Part shown: in pieces, positions 49,168 through 62,984 of the stretch | Layout of the letters: each line of letters opens with the position of its first letter | How positions within the stretch are numbered: position 1 is the stretch's first letter | NCBI GenBank assembly: GCA_964016885.1 | Contig: OZ024743.1 | Coordinates: forward strand, 264,988,001 to 265,052,000 | DNA: 64,000 nt | Source: Eledone cirrhosa | Taxonomy: Eukaryota | Direction of reading: 5' to 3' | Position numbers and translations under genes: made by a program | The notes under the pieces: model-generated | The model's database searches: none | Told to the model about the DNA's origin: nothing | Seen by the model: the letters and a program-made list of their open reading frames with translations, nothing else

Positions 49168-51612
49168 ATGCTAACAAAGACAAACTTACCCATTTCTTTG
49201 AAGAATATTCCCACCCCCTCTAAAATCTCATATGAGAAATTACTGATAACTAGCATAAATTCCTTCGTAAAACGTATTCGGTGGCGTGCGTTTCATTTTG
49301 ATAAGAAGTATGATAGCCCTGAAGATAAGCGTAGTTTTAATAATTATGGCTTTAAGACATATAGGAGCCCCCCCCCCCCCGCATAATAGCCTATTGGATA
49401 ATTTCGAAAGTGAGCTATTATCCCTTGTTAGGAATATTAGGTATAAAACATCTAGATGTACCAATAAATTTCAGAGTAAACTAAGTTCCATCGTTAGGGA
49501 CTTTAGGGATAATAAATCCATTCTGATCCCCTCTGACAAAACTAAAAACTTGTATAGTATGGATTATAAAACCTATCGCGGCTTCATTTATAATGAACTA
49601 CATAGGAACTACAAAAAAACAACGCAGAATAATTTAGATAATATTAATCTGGAGGGGTATAACATAGTGGTAAAATTAGGTCTAGATAAACACACTCAAC
49701 CATATTACCCCAAGCAGCCTAGATTCACCCTCAAGGACCATAAGGAACATTTTATTAGCAGACCCTCAGTTAGGCTTATCTGCCCCTCCAAGTCGGATCT
49801 GGGGATTATTAGTAAGGGAATCCTAGATAGCGTTATTCCCCTCGTTAGAGAAAAAACTTTCCTTGAGCTTTGGGGTAACACTAGTGAAGTCATTAGGTGG
49901 TTCTCTACTGTTTGTGGTCGCAACTCACTTAGGTTCATCCAATTTGATATTGATGCTTATTATACATCTATATCTCCTATTATCCTCAATAAGGCCCTTA
50001 TCCTAGCCATGCAGAGAGGGGCAATTACACGGCCACAGATAGATATTGTTCTCGCTGCACGTAAAACTATTATCATGTTTGAGGATAATCTATGGACGAG
50101 AAAAAACACACCGGATAATTTTGACATTACTATGGGGTCAAGTGATTCTGCTCAGGTCACTGACTTAGTTGGGTTATACCTCCTCAATGAACTACATAGT
50201 AACTTCCCATTCCTTAGGGGAGGGTTGTACCGGGATGACGCCCTACTCTCCATAGATATTAGTAAGTATAATATAGTGCGCATTAGGAAAAAGCTGCATA
50301 GTTTCTTTAAAACCTTTAATCTGTCCATTACTATGGATATAAACGATAGAACTGTTAACTTCCTTGATGTTACATTAGACTTGGATAACCATACGTACAC
50401 ACCGTACCATAAGCCTAATGAATTGCTGACTTACGTGAATACCAACTCCAACCACCCTAGGTCGGTCATCAGTGGTATATTGAAGGGCGTATCTAACAGA
50501 ATAAGTTCACTCTCACATAGCGAAGAGGCGTTTAACTCGCAGGCTGATTACTATAATGATGCCCTAGCTAGATCCGGCTTTAGGGACAAATTGCATTATA
50601 CCCAGGGAAATAATAGTCCTAATAGTAGCTCTACCAGTGTTGTTATAACACATAATATGTCCATTGGTAATAGAGGTGTCTCGAATAGGAGGGTTCTAAA
50701 TGCCGGTGAAATGAACCAGCAGGGTACCATTGGTCTAAGTAATAGCAATGGTAGGCCTCGCAGCTCCCCGCATAAATTAGGTGAACATAGTAACCGTAGA
50801 AATAATAATATTAATAATAATAATAATAATAATAATGATGGAAATAAAAAGAATAAAAAGAATAGAAGAAGATTGAATACATATTTCAACCCCCCTTTTA
50901 ACTCTGAAGTGGCTATAAATATTCCTAGGGCCTTCTTCTCTGTGTTAGAAAGGAACTTCCCTCCTGGTAATAGGTACCACTCTATCCTCAATAAGAATGT
51001 TGTTAAACTTTCGTATTTTACAACCCAAAATCTGGCCTCTCATCTAGCCAATACTAATAATAGGAAAATTAAGGAAGGCCTGAACAACCTAAGCCTAGGG
51101 GAAAACACGGAGGTGGACAGAGGGAGCCTGGACACACGTGGTCAGCAAGCTGGTGATCATTCTGAGAATAGCATCACCAGAAATTGTAACTGTAAAAGGG
51201 CTTCGGGCTGCCCCCTAAATGGTTTCTGCCTTAGTAGAAACATAGTTTACGCGTGTGATGTGGTAACCACGGCGTCCACTAAAACTTATATAGGATCAAC
51301 TTCCACCCCCTTTAAGACCAGGTTTAACTCTCACCAGTGCACTTTAGACACAATAAACTGAGGAATTCCACCTCCTTGGCAGCGTACGTCCACAACTTAA
51401 AAAATGCACGAACACATTACACCCTCACTTGGCGGCAGGTTGCTAAATCCCATCCATATACTCCTCATAATAGAGTATGTAACCTATGCCTTACTGAATC
51501 CCACTCTATTATATTTACTAAATGCTCTCTACTAAACAGAAAGTCAGAAATATTTTCCTCTTGCCCCCACTGAATATTAAGCTCTTTCTTCTACTTTAAA
51601 CCTATTAGCTAG
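49168..51612 (+). pseudogene. Naiad-type PLE RT-GIY-YIG ORF, copy 2
   Basis: As copy 1, with a GRD to GRN difference. Confidence 0.93.
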
Positions 51613-54236
51613 CACTTTCTTAATTCTCCAGTTGGGCTATCTTGTGTAACTGTCTCTTATTGTGTGTAATTGTTTTCCTATTGTTTGTCTTCCATGTATA
51701 TGAGTCTGTGTGTATATATGTATGCCTGCGGGAGAATATTGATCTGGATATTGAGGTGTACAGGTGAGTTGGTGTGTATGTTAATAAGCACCCCTGTTTG
51801 GCACAGTGTATGTGACCCATCCACGCTCGCCTAGCCACCCTTAGTGCATTGGTGGGTCTATCCCAACGTGTATTTTACAGATCTGTACCTCTGAATGCAC
51901 ATGAGTTATGATGTAATATATCTATGTAGAGCGTGTACTGCGCTATAAGTTGCACAAATGGAGATCTAGCCTGTAACTGTGAGCGGACCTGTGCCATCTC
52001 GCCGTGAGCAGTAGCTACGTAGCACATGCACGTGTTACCCTCCTATTCTGTGGTTTAAGATCTACAGGCTGACTTCCGGGAGCTCTTGCCCGGTGTTGTA
52101 GTCTTTCTAGCACAATCGGCCTTCCATATATTGACGGTCGTTGTTATTATCCCAAAAATAACGTTTTGGCCCCGATAGCCCTCCGTAGTTATTAACGGTC
52201 TGTTTACACTTGAATCGAGCGACCACACGTGTGGACATGCATATCTTCGTAAGAATTTACTTTGATTAATTTTGCTGCATCTCCTCGTAAGAATTTATTT
52301 TGATTGATTTTGCGGGGGAAAAAATACATTATCTGTGACCAGTGTGAGTGACTGTTGTGGGTCCTGCCTTTTGTTAGCCTAATAAGATATTTCTGTGTAT
52401 TATATCCGCTTTGACCCGGGTGTCCTACGCTGTGTGTGTATGCGTGTGTGTCTGTATATACATTTATATGTGTATGAGTGTAGGTGGTTGTATATGTCTC
52501 TATATATAAATATATATATATATGTATATATATATATACCGTCTCTATATATGCATGTGGTGTGTGTATATGCATATACGTACTAACCATATTCTTGGGA
52601 TGCCTCAATGTTGTGATTTCATGGATATTGGCTTTTGAAGCTATTTTTTATATGCGCTGTTGAGTATGCATATTAACCCGCCTAACCCAACTGTATTTGC
52701 TTGCTTTCGGCTAGCCCACCTGCACTTGCTTGCTTTCGGCCCACTTATCTGCCTCTTGATGTTCATGTTGATGTAAACAAATTTGCTTGCTACCTTGTGA
52801 CGTTGTGACACTCAGTTATCTGCCCATGGATGTTCCTGCTGCTGCATGTGAATTTACCTACCTTCCTTGCATACGTCCTTGCTAGTGATGTGGATATACT
52901 TCTGTTGACCAATGGATTCCTGCCCGAGTGTGAACCTTTTGTGATTGCCCCACCGATCAACTGTGTGAATGCACACCCGTGACATTGGAGTGTGAACTTC
53001 TGTGACTGCCAGACCTGGGATGTCTCCAGTGCATTGCAATGGTCAACTCAATCGAGTGTGGACATAGCACCTGTTGATTATAAATCTCATTTGAGCATTT
53101 GATTGTTGTAATATGGCTAACTGTAACACTTAAGGCGTTCGTGTGCCCCTGATATATTCAAGAAATATATTCAAAAAATATATATCTTATCTCACTTCAC
53201 TTTATTTTATTTTATTTCATTGTATTTTATTTTATATAATTTTAACTTTATTTTATTTATTTATTCTTTACCCCTTACCTTTATTATCTGTATATTTTAT
53301 ATATATATTTTGTATATTTTATATTTTTATATATATTATTTGTCTATTTTTTATCTATCTTTTATCTATTTTTTTTTTTTTAAATCTATTTTTTATCTAT
53401 TTTTTATCTATTTTTTATCTATTTTTATCTACTCTTATCTATCTTATCTATTTTTGTCTATTCCTTATCTATTCTCTATCTCTTATCCATGGTTAATCTA
53501 TTTTTTTATCTATGGTTAATCTATTTTTATCCTTTGTTTATCTTACTTTTACCCATTGTATTTTTACCCATTGTATATCCACCATTTATCTCTCAGCTTT
53601 TGCATACTCGTCCATGATATGTTATTTTTATTTGTATTAGTCTATACTATATGTGTTGCATATGGCTGCCTATTGTGTGGTTGCATGCGGGTGCTCTTGC
53701 TTATGCGTATGCTTGTATGTAACTGTTTGTTAACAGCACCCTGCCCAACTGTGACTGATAGCACCTCTTATTTTTCAATGCTTATTTTTCAATGTTTATT
53801 TTTTATTTCCTCAATGTTTATTATTTATTTTTTGTACTTTTCACTATTCTTTACTATCCTCCAATTTTATTTTCTACACTCTATTTACTCTACTCTTTAA
53901 ACCCCTCCCAACTTATTGCATCCCCATATATATTCTTCTGTCTTGGCTTTGTTACTGCTTGTGTAATATGTAATCACTCTATATGCTGATGAGTCCCACT
54001 TATAGTGTGGACGAAACACTGTCAGCAAGTAAAGATATACTTATGCTCTAAGCGTTCTTTGTTTTTGATTATATTACGGCTCTGTCCTCAGACATCGAGC
54101 TAACCTTATACTGCCTATTGGATAAGTGGAGTGTTACACACTCCTAATCCCCTCCCTTATATACTATATGGCTCCCATTGGTTGAGCTTAAACTTTGATA
54201 TACGAGAATTTGTATCCTTGTATATTATCAGGCAGT

Positions 54237-56684
54237 ATGCTAACAAAGACAAACTTACCCATTTCTTTGAAGAATATTCCCACCCCCTCTAAAATCTCAT
54301 ATGAGAAATTACTGATAACTAGCATAAATTCCTTCGTAAAACGTATTCGGTGGCGTGCGTTTCATTTTGATAAGAAGTATGATAGCCCTGAAGATAAGCG
54401 TAGTTTTAATAATTATGGCTTTAAGACATATAGGAGCCCCCCCCCCCCCCCCGCATAATAGCCTATTGGATAATTTCGAAAGTGAGCTATTATCCCTTGT
54501 TAGGAATATTAGGTATAAAACATCTAGATGTACCAATAAATTTCAGAGTAAACTAAGTTCCATCGTTAGGGACTTTAGGGATAATAAATCCATTCTGATC
54601 CCCTCTGACAAAACTAAAAACTTGTATAGTATGGATTATAAAACCTATCGCGGCTTCATTTATAATGAACTACATAGGAACTACAAAAAAACAACGCAGA
54701 ATAATTTAGATAATATTAATCTGGAGGGGTATAACATAGTGGTAAAATTAGGTCTAGATAAACACACTCAACCATATTACCCCAAGCAGCCTAGATTCAC
54801 CCTCAAGGACCATAAGGAACATTTTATTAGCAGACCCTCAGTTAGGCTTATCTGCCCCTCCAAGTCGGATCTGGGGATTATTAGTAAGGGAATCCTAGAT
54901 AGCGTTATTCCCCTCGTTAGAGAAAAAACTTTCCTTGAGCTTTGGGGTAACACTAGTGAAGTCATTAGGTGGTTCTCTACTGTTTGTGGTCGCAACTCAC
55001 TTAGGTTCATCCAATTTGATATTGATGCTTATTATACATCTATATCTCCTATTATCCTCAATAAGGCCCTTATCCTAGCCATGCAGAGAGGGGCAATTAC
55101 ACGGCCACAGATAGATATTGTTCTCGCTGCACGTAAAACTATTATCATGTTTGAGGATAATCTATGGACGAGAAAAAACACACCGGATAATTTTGACATT
55201 ACTATGGGGTCAAGTGATTCTGCTCAGGTCACTGACTTAGTTGGGTTATACCTCCTCAATGAACTACATAGTAACTTCCCATTCCTTAGGGGAGGGTTGT
55301 ACCGGGATGACGCCCTACTCTCCATAGATATTAGTAAGTATAATATAGTGCGCATTAGGAAAAAGCTGCATAGTTTCTTTAAAACCTTTAATCTGTCCAT
55401 TACTATGGATATAAACGATAGAACTGTTAACTTCCTTGATGTTACATTAGACTTGGATAACCATACGTACACACCGTACCATAAGCCTAATGAATTGCTG
55501 ACTTACGTGAATACCAACTCCAACCACCCTAGGTCGGTCATCAGTGGTATATTGAAGGGCGTATCTAACAGAATAAGTTCACTCTCACATAGCGAAGAGG
55601 CGTTTAACTCGCAGGCTGATTACTATAATGATGCCCTAGCTAGATCCGGCTTTAGGGACAAATTGCATTATACCCAGGGAAATAATAGTCCTAATAGTAG
55701 CTCTACCAGTGTTGTTATAACACATAATATGTCCATTGGTAATAGAGGTGTCTCGAATAGGAGGGTTCTAAATGCCGGTGAAATGAACCAGCAGGGTACC
55801 ATTGGTCTAAGTAATAGCAATGGTAGGCCTCGCAGCTCCCCGCATAAATTAGGTGAACATAGTAACCGTAGAAATAATAATATTAATAATAATAATAATA
55901 ATAATAATGATGGAAATAAAAAGAATAAAAAGAATAGAAGAAGATTGAATACATATTTCAACCCCCCTTTTAACTCTGAAGTGGCTATAAATATTCCTAG
56001 GGCCTTCTTCTCTGTGTTAGAAAGGAACTTCCCTCCTGGTAATAGGTACCACTCTATCCTCAATAAGAATGTTGTTAAACTTTCGTATTTTACAACCCAA
56101 AATCTGGCCTCTCATCTAGCCAATACTAATAATAGGAAAATTAAGGAAGGCCTGAACAACCTAAGCCTAGGGGAAAACACGGAGGTGGACAGAGGGAGCC
56201 TGGACACACGTGGTCAGCAAGCTGGTGATCATTCTGAGAATAGCATCACCAGAAATTGTAACTGTAAAAGGGCTTCGGGCTGCCCCCTAAATGGTTTCTG
56301 CCTTAGTAGAAACATAGTTTACGCGTGTGATGTGGTAACCACGGCGTCCACTAAAACTTATATAGGATCAACTTCCACCCCCTTTAAGACCAGGTTTAAC
56401 TCTCACCAGTGCACTTTAGACACAATAAACTGAGGAATTCCACCTCCTTGGCAGCGTACGTCCACAACTTAAAAAATGCACGAACACATTACACCCTCAC
56501 TTGGCGGCAGGTTGCTAAATCCCATCCATATACTCCTCATAATAGAGTATGTAACCTATGCCTTACTGAATCCCACTCTATTATATTTACTAAATGCTCT
56601 CTACTAAACAGAAAGTCAGAAATATTTTCCTCTTGCCCCCACTGAATATTAAGCTCTTTCTTCTACTTTAAACCTATTAGCTAG
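54237..56684 (+). pseudogene. Naiad-type PLE RT-GIY-YIG ORF, copy 3
   Basis: As copy 2; poly-C tract of 16 instead of 13. Confidence 0.93.
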
Positions 56685-59055
56685 CACTTTCTTAATTCTC
56701 CAGTTGGGCTATCTTGTGTAACTGTCTCTTATTGTGTGTAATTGTTTTCCTATTGTTTGTCTTCCATGTATATGAGTCTGTGTGTATATATGTATGCCTG
56801 CGGGAGAATATTGATCTGGATATTGAGGTGTACAGGTGAGTTGGTGTGTATGTTAATAAGCACCCCTGTTTGGCACAGTGTATGTGACCCATCCACGCTC
56901 GCCTAGCCACCCTTAGTGCATTGGTGGGTCTATCCCAACGTGTATTTTACAGATCTGTACCTCTGAATGCACATGAGTTATGATGTAATATATCTATGTA
57001 GAGCGTGTACTGCGCTATAAGTTGCACAAATGGAGATCTAGCCTGTAACTGTGAGCGGACCTGTGCCATCTCGCCGTGAGCAGTAGATACGTAGCACATG
57101 CACGTGTTACCCTCCTATTCTGTGGTTTAAGATCTACAGGCTGACTTCCGGGAGCTCTTGCCCGGTGTTGTAGTCTTTCTAGCACAATCGGCCTTCCATA
57201 TATTGACGGTCGTTGTTATTATCCCAAAAATAACGTTTTGGCCCCGATAGCCCTCCGTAGTTATTAACGGTCTGTTTACACTTGAATCGAGCGACCACAC
57301 GTGTGGACATGCATATCTTCGTAAGAATTTACTTTGATTAATTTTGCTGCATCTCCTCGTAAGAATTTATTTTGATTGATTTTGCGGGGGAAAAAATACA
57401 TTATCTGTGACCAGTGTGAGTGACTGTTGTGGGTCCTGCCTTTTGTTAGCCTAATAAGATATTTCTGTGTATTATATCCGCTTTGACCCGGGTGTCCTAC
57501 GCTGTGTGTGTGTGCGTGTGTGTCTGTATATACATTTATATGTGTATGAGTGTAGGTGGTTGTATATGTCTCTATATATAAATATATATATATATGTATA
57601 TATATATATACCGTCTCTATATATGCATGTGGTGTGTGTATATGCATATACGTACTAACCATATTCTTGGGATGCCTCAATGTTGTGATTTCATGGATAT
57701 TGGCTTTTGAAGCTATTTTTTATATGCGCTGTTGAGTATGCATATTAACCCGCCTAACCCAACTGTATTTGCTTGCTTTCGGCTAGCCCACCTGCACTTG
57801 CTTGCTTTCGGCCCACTTATCTGCCTCTTGATGTTCATGTTGATGTAAACAAATTTGCTTGCTACCTTGTGACGTTGTGACACTCAGTTATCTGCCCATG
57901 GATGTTCCTGCTGCTGCATGTGAATTTACCTACCTTCCTTGCATACGTCCTTGCTAGTGATGTGGATATACTTCTGTTGACCAATGGATTCCTGCCCGAG
58001 TGTGAACCTTTTGTGATTGCCCCACCGATCAACTGTGTGAATGCACACCCGTGACATTGGAGTGTGAACTTCTGTGACTGCCAGACCTGGGATGTCTCCA
58101 GTGCATTGCAATGGTCAACTCAATCGAGTGTGGACATAGCACCTGTTGATTATAAATCTCATTTGAGCATTTGATTGTTGTAATATGGCTAACTGTAACA
58201 CTTAAGGCGTTCGTGTGCCCCTGATATATTCAAGAAATATATTCAAAAAATATATATCTTATCTCACTTCACTTTATTTTATTTTATTTCATTGTATTTT
58301 ATTTTATATAATTTTAACTTTATTTTATTTATTTATTCTTTACCCCTTACCTTTATTATCTGTATATTTTATATATATATTTTGTATATTTTATATTTTT
58401 ATATATATTATTTGTCTATTTTTTATCTATCTTTTATCTATTTTTTTTTTTTTAAATCTATTTTTTATCTATTTTTTATCTATTTTTTATCTATTTTTAT
58501 CTACTCTTATCTATCTTATCTATTTTTGTCTATTCCTTATCTATTCTCTATCTCTTATCCATGGTTAATCTATTTTTTTATCTATGGTTAATCTATTTTT
58601 ATCCTTTGTTTATCTTACTTTTACCCATTGTATTTTTACCCATTGTATATCCACCATTTATCTCTCAGCTTTTGCATACTCGTCCATGATATGTTATTTT
58701 TATTTGTATTAGTCTATACTATATGTGTTGCATATGGCTGCCTATTGTGTGGTTGCATGCGGGTGCTCTTGCTTATGCGTATGCTTGTATGTAACTGTTT
58801 GTTAACAGCACCCTGCCCAACTGTGACTGATAGCACCTCTTATTTTTCAATGCTTATTTTTCAATGTTTATTTTTTATTTCTTCAATGTTTATTATTTAT
58901 TTTTTGTACTTTTCACTATTCTTTACTATCCTCCAATTTTATTTTCTACACTCTATTTACTCTACTCTTTAAACCCCTCCCAACTTATTGCATCCCCATA
59001 TATATTCTTCTGTGTTGGCTTTGTTACTGCTTGTGTAATATGTAATCACTCTATA

Positions 59056-59101
59056 TGCTCTGATGAGTGCCACTTATAGTGTGGACGAAACACTGTCAGC
59101 A
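59056..59101 (+). ncRNA. Terminal array hammerhead (stem I intact)
   Basis: UGCU-CUGAUGA-GU(G)CCAC..GUGGAC-GAAAC-ACU-GUC-AGCA. Confidence 0.85.
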
Positions 59102-59382
59102 AGTAAAGATATACTTATGCTCTAAGCGTTCTTTGTTATTGATTATATATATATGTACACATCTACATGTACGTATGTCTCTCTCGTGTAAACTATACTA
59201 TACATACGCATGCATACATATGCACACACATACATACACATACATACACACACACAGACAAACACATACATTCACACATATATATACATATATACACATA
59301 CACACACACATACATATAAAATCTCATCTATACATATATATATATATATATATATATAAATATATATATACATATACCCATA

Positions 59383-59416
<34 letters not shown>

Positions 59417-60214
59417 CATACACATATACATATACATACATATATACATACACACACATACACATTTACAGGCAAACACGCATACATACACATACATACA
59501 AATAAGTACACATAAACGAATATGCACAAACACGCACTCGTTCGCACTCATACATGTGTCTATAGTATAAAGGTAGTGGGACAAATTTTAATTTTAAATT
59601 TTAAATTTTAAACTGGGCCTGATAGAGGATAAAATAATTAATGTCTGTATTAAGTTATTAATATTATCATCAAGTAATTAATTACTATTTACTATTTATT
59701 ACTTACTATTTACCATTCACTATTCGTTACCTATCTTTTATCCCTTATCTATTCATTACCTAATCATTCACTCATAAATTAATAAATAAATGAATGAGTT
59801 AACTAACAAACAAACAAACAAACAAACAGATAAACAAATAAACCAGTAAATAAGTAAATAAATAAACAAATAAATAAATAAATGGATACATATATAAATA
59901 AATAAATAAGTAAATAAAGTAACTAAATAAATAAATAAATAAATAAATATACAGTTAAATAGATAAATAAATCATGAACGTGTGCGTGCAGCGGTTCATA
60001 ACTGCGCGTATGCAAACATGAGCAGGTATATACGTGAATTTGTGTGTGCGGCCACGGAACTTTACTCAAAGGCATACAACACAATATATAAGACCTGGAG
60101 GGGAGGAAAGAAGGTAATAATGAGAGATAGAGGGGAGGAAAGAGGGTAATAATGAGAGATGGAGGGACGGAAATGGGAAGGGGGCGAGGGTGGGGTGGTG
60201 ATAGGGGGGGGGTC

Positions 60215-61395
60215 AGTCGGGGGGCCGGGGGGGTCTGTAGTTTTTGTAATTTGCATAGTTCTTGTGCATGCAATTAGGGGAGTGTTCCGAGATCTTGTTG
60301 AGGAGAGGGCCTTTGGCGAATAGAATCTCATAGCTCTCGGAGATACAGAGGTCACAGCAATTATGGCCTCCCGTGTAGTCTCCATTGGGTCTTGAAGGGG
60401 ATGGAGTTCCTTTTTAGGTGCCAGATGTGGGCGGCGAGTGTAGTTTGGTTAGATTTGTCTGGGCGCCGGAACGAATGTGTGTGGGCGTACCAGCGAGTCT
60501 TAAAACTATTAGAAGTCATCCCGATGTACGAGTTTCTTTTTTCATCGGGGCCTGAGAGTACATCGCATATATACACGAGATCTTTTTTTAGACAGTTGTT
60601 GTTGAGAGGGCAGGTCGTCTTATCAGGGCAATTGCAGTTGCTATCGGTTGCTGGATGGGCTTCGGAAAAAGTAGATTTATTTAGCTTCTTGATGCTGTTG
60701 TTGGCTAAGTTTCTAGCTAGATTAGGTGTGGTGGAGTAAGAGAGTCTAATGGTATTCTTATTAAGGATAGTATAGGGGAAGTGTTTTTGTAAGAGAGTGA
60801 AGAAAATTTTTGCTACAGGTGTTGAAACTTCTCGGTTGAAGGGGGGGGGTTGTACCAGCTAATGTGCCTTCGTCTATTCTTCCTGGGTGGGCGTGGGACT
60901 ATAGTAACGTAGGTGATCTTATCTCTAAAGCCGCTGCGGGCCAGGGCCTCGTTGTAATAGGGGGCTGCTGCTCTAAAGATATCTTCATTGGCGGCGAGGC
61001 TAGATATCCTAATGGAGACACTTTTTACTAGGTTGTCTAATATATTTTTGGGGTGGTTAGAATTAACGTCTATATATCTAAGGGATTCATTAGGTTTGTG
61101 GTACGGGTAGTAAAGGGAAGTTTCTAAGTCGAGGGTAACGTCTAGGAAGTTAGCTTTAGTTAAGTTCGAATCCAAGGTAATCCTAAGGCCTAAGTTTTTA
61201 AAGAAGGTGTAAAGGTTTTTCCTGAACCCATCTGCGGTCCTGGGGTTGATTTTGTGGAGGGCAAAGAGGCCGTCATCTCGGTAGAGACCGCCGGAGAGGC
61301 CTGTGGAGAGGGTCTTCAGCCTGTGGAGGATGAACAGACCCACAAGGTCACTAATTTCAACTGAGTCGCTAGCACCCATGCTAACATCGAAGGGG
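60215..61395 (-). pseudogene. Frameshifted Naiad-type RT C-terminal half plus GIY-YIG (family I)
   Basis: FDVSMGASDSVEISDLVGL, GGLYRDDGL, NFLDVTLD, WYNPP, CNCPDKTTCPLNNNC, SYIGMTSNSFKTRW, CDLC..LLNKISE..CMHK. Confidence 0.92.
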
Positions 61396-61744
61396 GTCTC
61401 AGATTTTTTGTTGATTTTTTATTTATTTATTATTTTTTTATTTATTTTATTTATTTATTCTTTTATCTATGTATTCATTTATTTATTTATTTACTTATTT
61501 ATTTATTTCAAAAAAGCACTCTGGCTAATTGACCACTCCCCAAAGAAAAAACGGCCTGTGCCATGAAGTGGTCCTCTGTACCTAAATACCTCCCCCCCAT
61601 TCCACCACCCCTCCCTTACCACTACCTAAATGTATAAATACCAGAACTTAATATGACACCCAGCTTCCTGAAGATTTCATCTGAATGAAACAGTACTAGT
61701 CCTGTAGAAGCTCCTTCTATAAAATATATATATATATATATGTA

Positions 61745-61942
61745 TAACAAAGGAATTGTGATAAGGAACCAGATGAAACATGACGCACCAGAGTACTACA
61801 TACTTAGGATAGTAGAGTGGAAAATAGGAAAAATTATGAACCCGACGGCAGAGCTCAAGCCGTTTCGACGGCTATTTCTGGACTAGTCCATAAATAGACG
61901 TCGAAACGGCTTGAGCTCTGCCGTCCGGGTCATACTTTTTCT

Positions 61943-61945
<3 letters not shown>
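61745..61945. mobile_element. Diverged family J fold-back mini-insertion
   Basis: Palindrome centred on GGACTAGTCC (61880-61889). Confidence 0.85.
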
Positions 61946-61978
<33 letters not shown>

Positions 61979-62028
61979 CATATATATATTTAAATATATA
62001 TATATATATATATATACATATATATATT

Positions 62029-62108
<80 letters not shown>

Positions 62109-62109
62109 C

Positions 62110-62460
62110 GTTATTCCGGGTTGAATTGGAGGAAACCACAGTAAGTAAGGGACTCAATACATTGCAGAGTATGACAGTTTTAATATAGATGAGATTCTAC
62201 AGGACTAGAACTGTTTCATTCTTTAGAAATCATCGGGAATCTGGGTATCAAAAAATAAATATGGTATTTATAGGTCTCTTCAGGTGGTAGGAGAGGGTGG
62301 GGAGTGGGATGGGTGTAGGTCATTGGTTGATAGAAAAGGGAATTCATTAAAAGCTAATTCTTCAAAGCTATAGTTTATATTTAGAGTAACAAAGGCAGAA
62401 AGAATTCTATAAACAAGTTGAGAATGGGGTGCCACTCCTTATTTTTAAGTTTCTCTTAAG
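62110..62460 (-). mobile_element. Family I-related pLTR end with a hammerhead at 62192-62242
   Basis: AGAUUC-CCGAUGA-U UUC UAAA GAA U-GAA-ACAG..CUGU-A-GAAUCU; similar to 41148-41330. Confidence 0.8.
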
Positions 62461-62461
62461 C

Positions 62462-62645
62462 TAATAATTGTTTCTACTTTAGGCACAAGGTCAGCAATTA
62501 CCCAGTGCATTACTGGTACTTTATTTTATCGACCCCGTAAGGATGAAAGGCAAAGTCAACCTCGGCGGGATTTGAACTCAGATCGTAAAGGGACGTAACT
62601 ATGGTGGAAAGCATGGCGCCCGACCCTCTACCGATACTGCCAATC
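62462..62645 (-). mobile_element. tRNA-derived Nin-type SINE
   Basis: Reverse complement of 5112-5300 with scattered substitutions. Confidence 0.85.
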
Positions 62646-62984
62646 AAGCTAATAATGCCTAGATTTCAGGTGTCTATAAGATCATTGGGGGTCTGTCGTG
62701 GTTGATGGATTTAAAGAAAAGGGAACTTCTTTAAAAGCTAATTCTATAAGGTTCTACTTTGTGACATAGGCCTAGAGAATTCTATAGACCAGTTCAAAAT
62801 ATTGAGTGCATATCATACCATTATCTTCAACTGTTGAAAATTGCAAACTTGACTGTCACCACACATTATGAACCTGAAGATTGCGAAAGCATAAAAGTAC
62901 TTGTTCAATTAACACTTAACATTTAATATTCTACCATACTATTTCATTCTAATACCATTATACATTTTAAAGGATTGTCAATAA

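Larger units (their letters stand above)
42007..59147 (+). mobile_element. Tandem array of a Naiad-type PLE: inverted pLTR (42007-43281) plus three full units (period 5069, 5069, 5072 bp) ending in a terminal pLTR
   Basis: ORF-track offsets 44057/49126/54195 and 53143/58215; 42007-43281 is the reverse complement of ~47821-49098; (TA)n on both flanks. Confidence 0.95.
41141..61724 (-). mobile_element. Naiad-type PLE family I (host element), split by the nested array: 3' end 41141-42000, body 59150-61395, inverted pLTR 61396-61724
   Basis: 61396-61724 is the reverse complement of ~41216-41510; the coding remnant on the minus strand points toward 41141. Confidence 0.75.
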
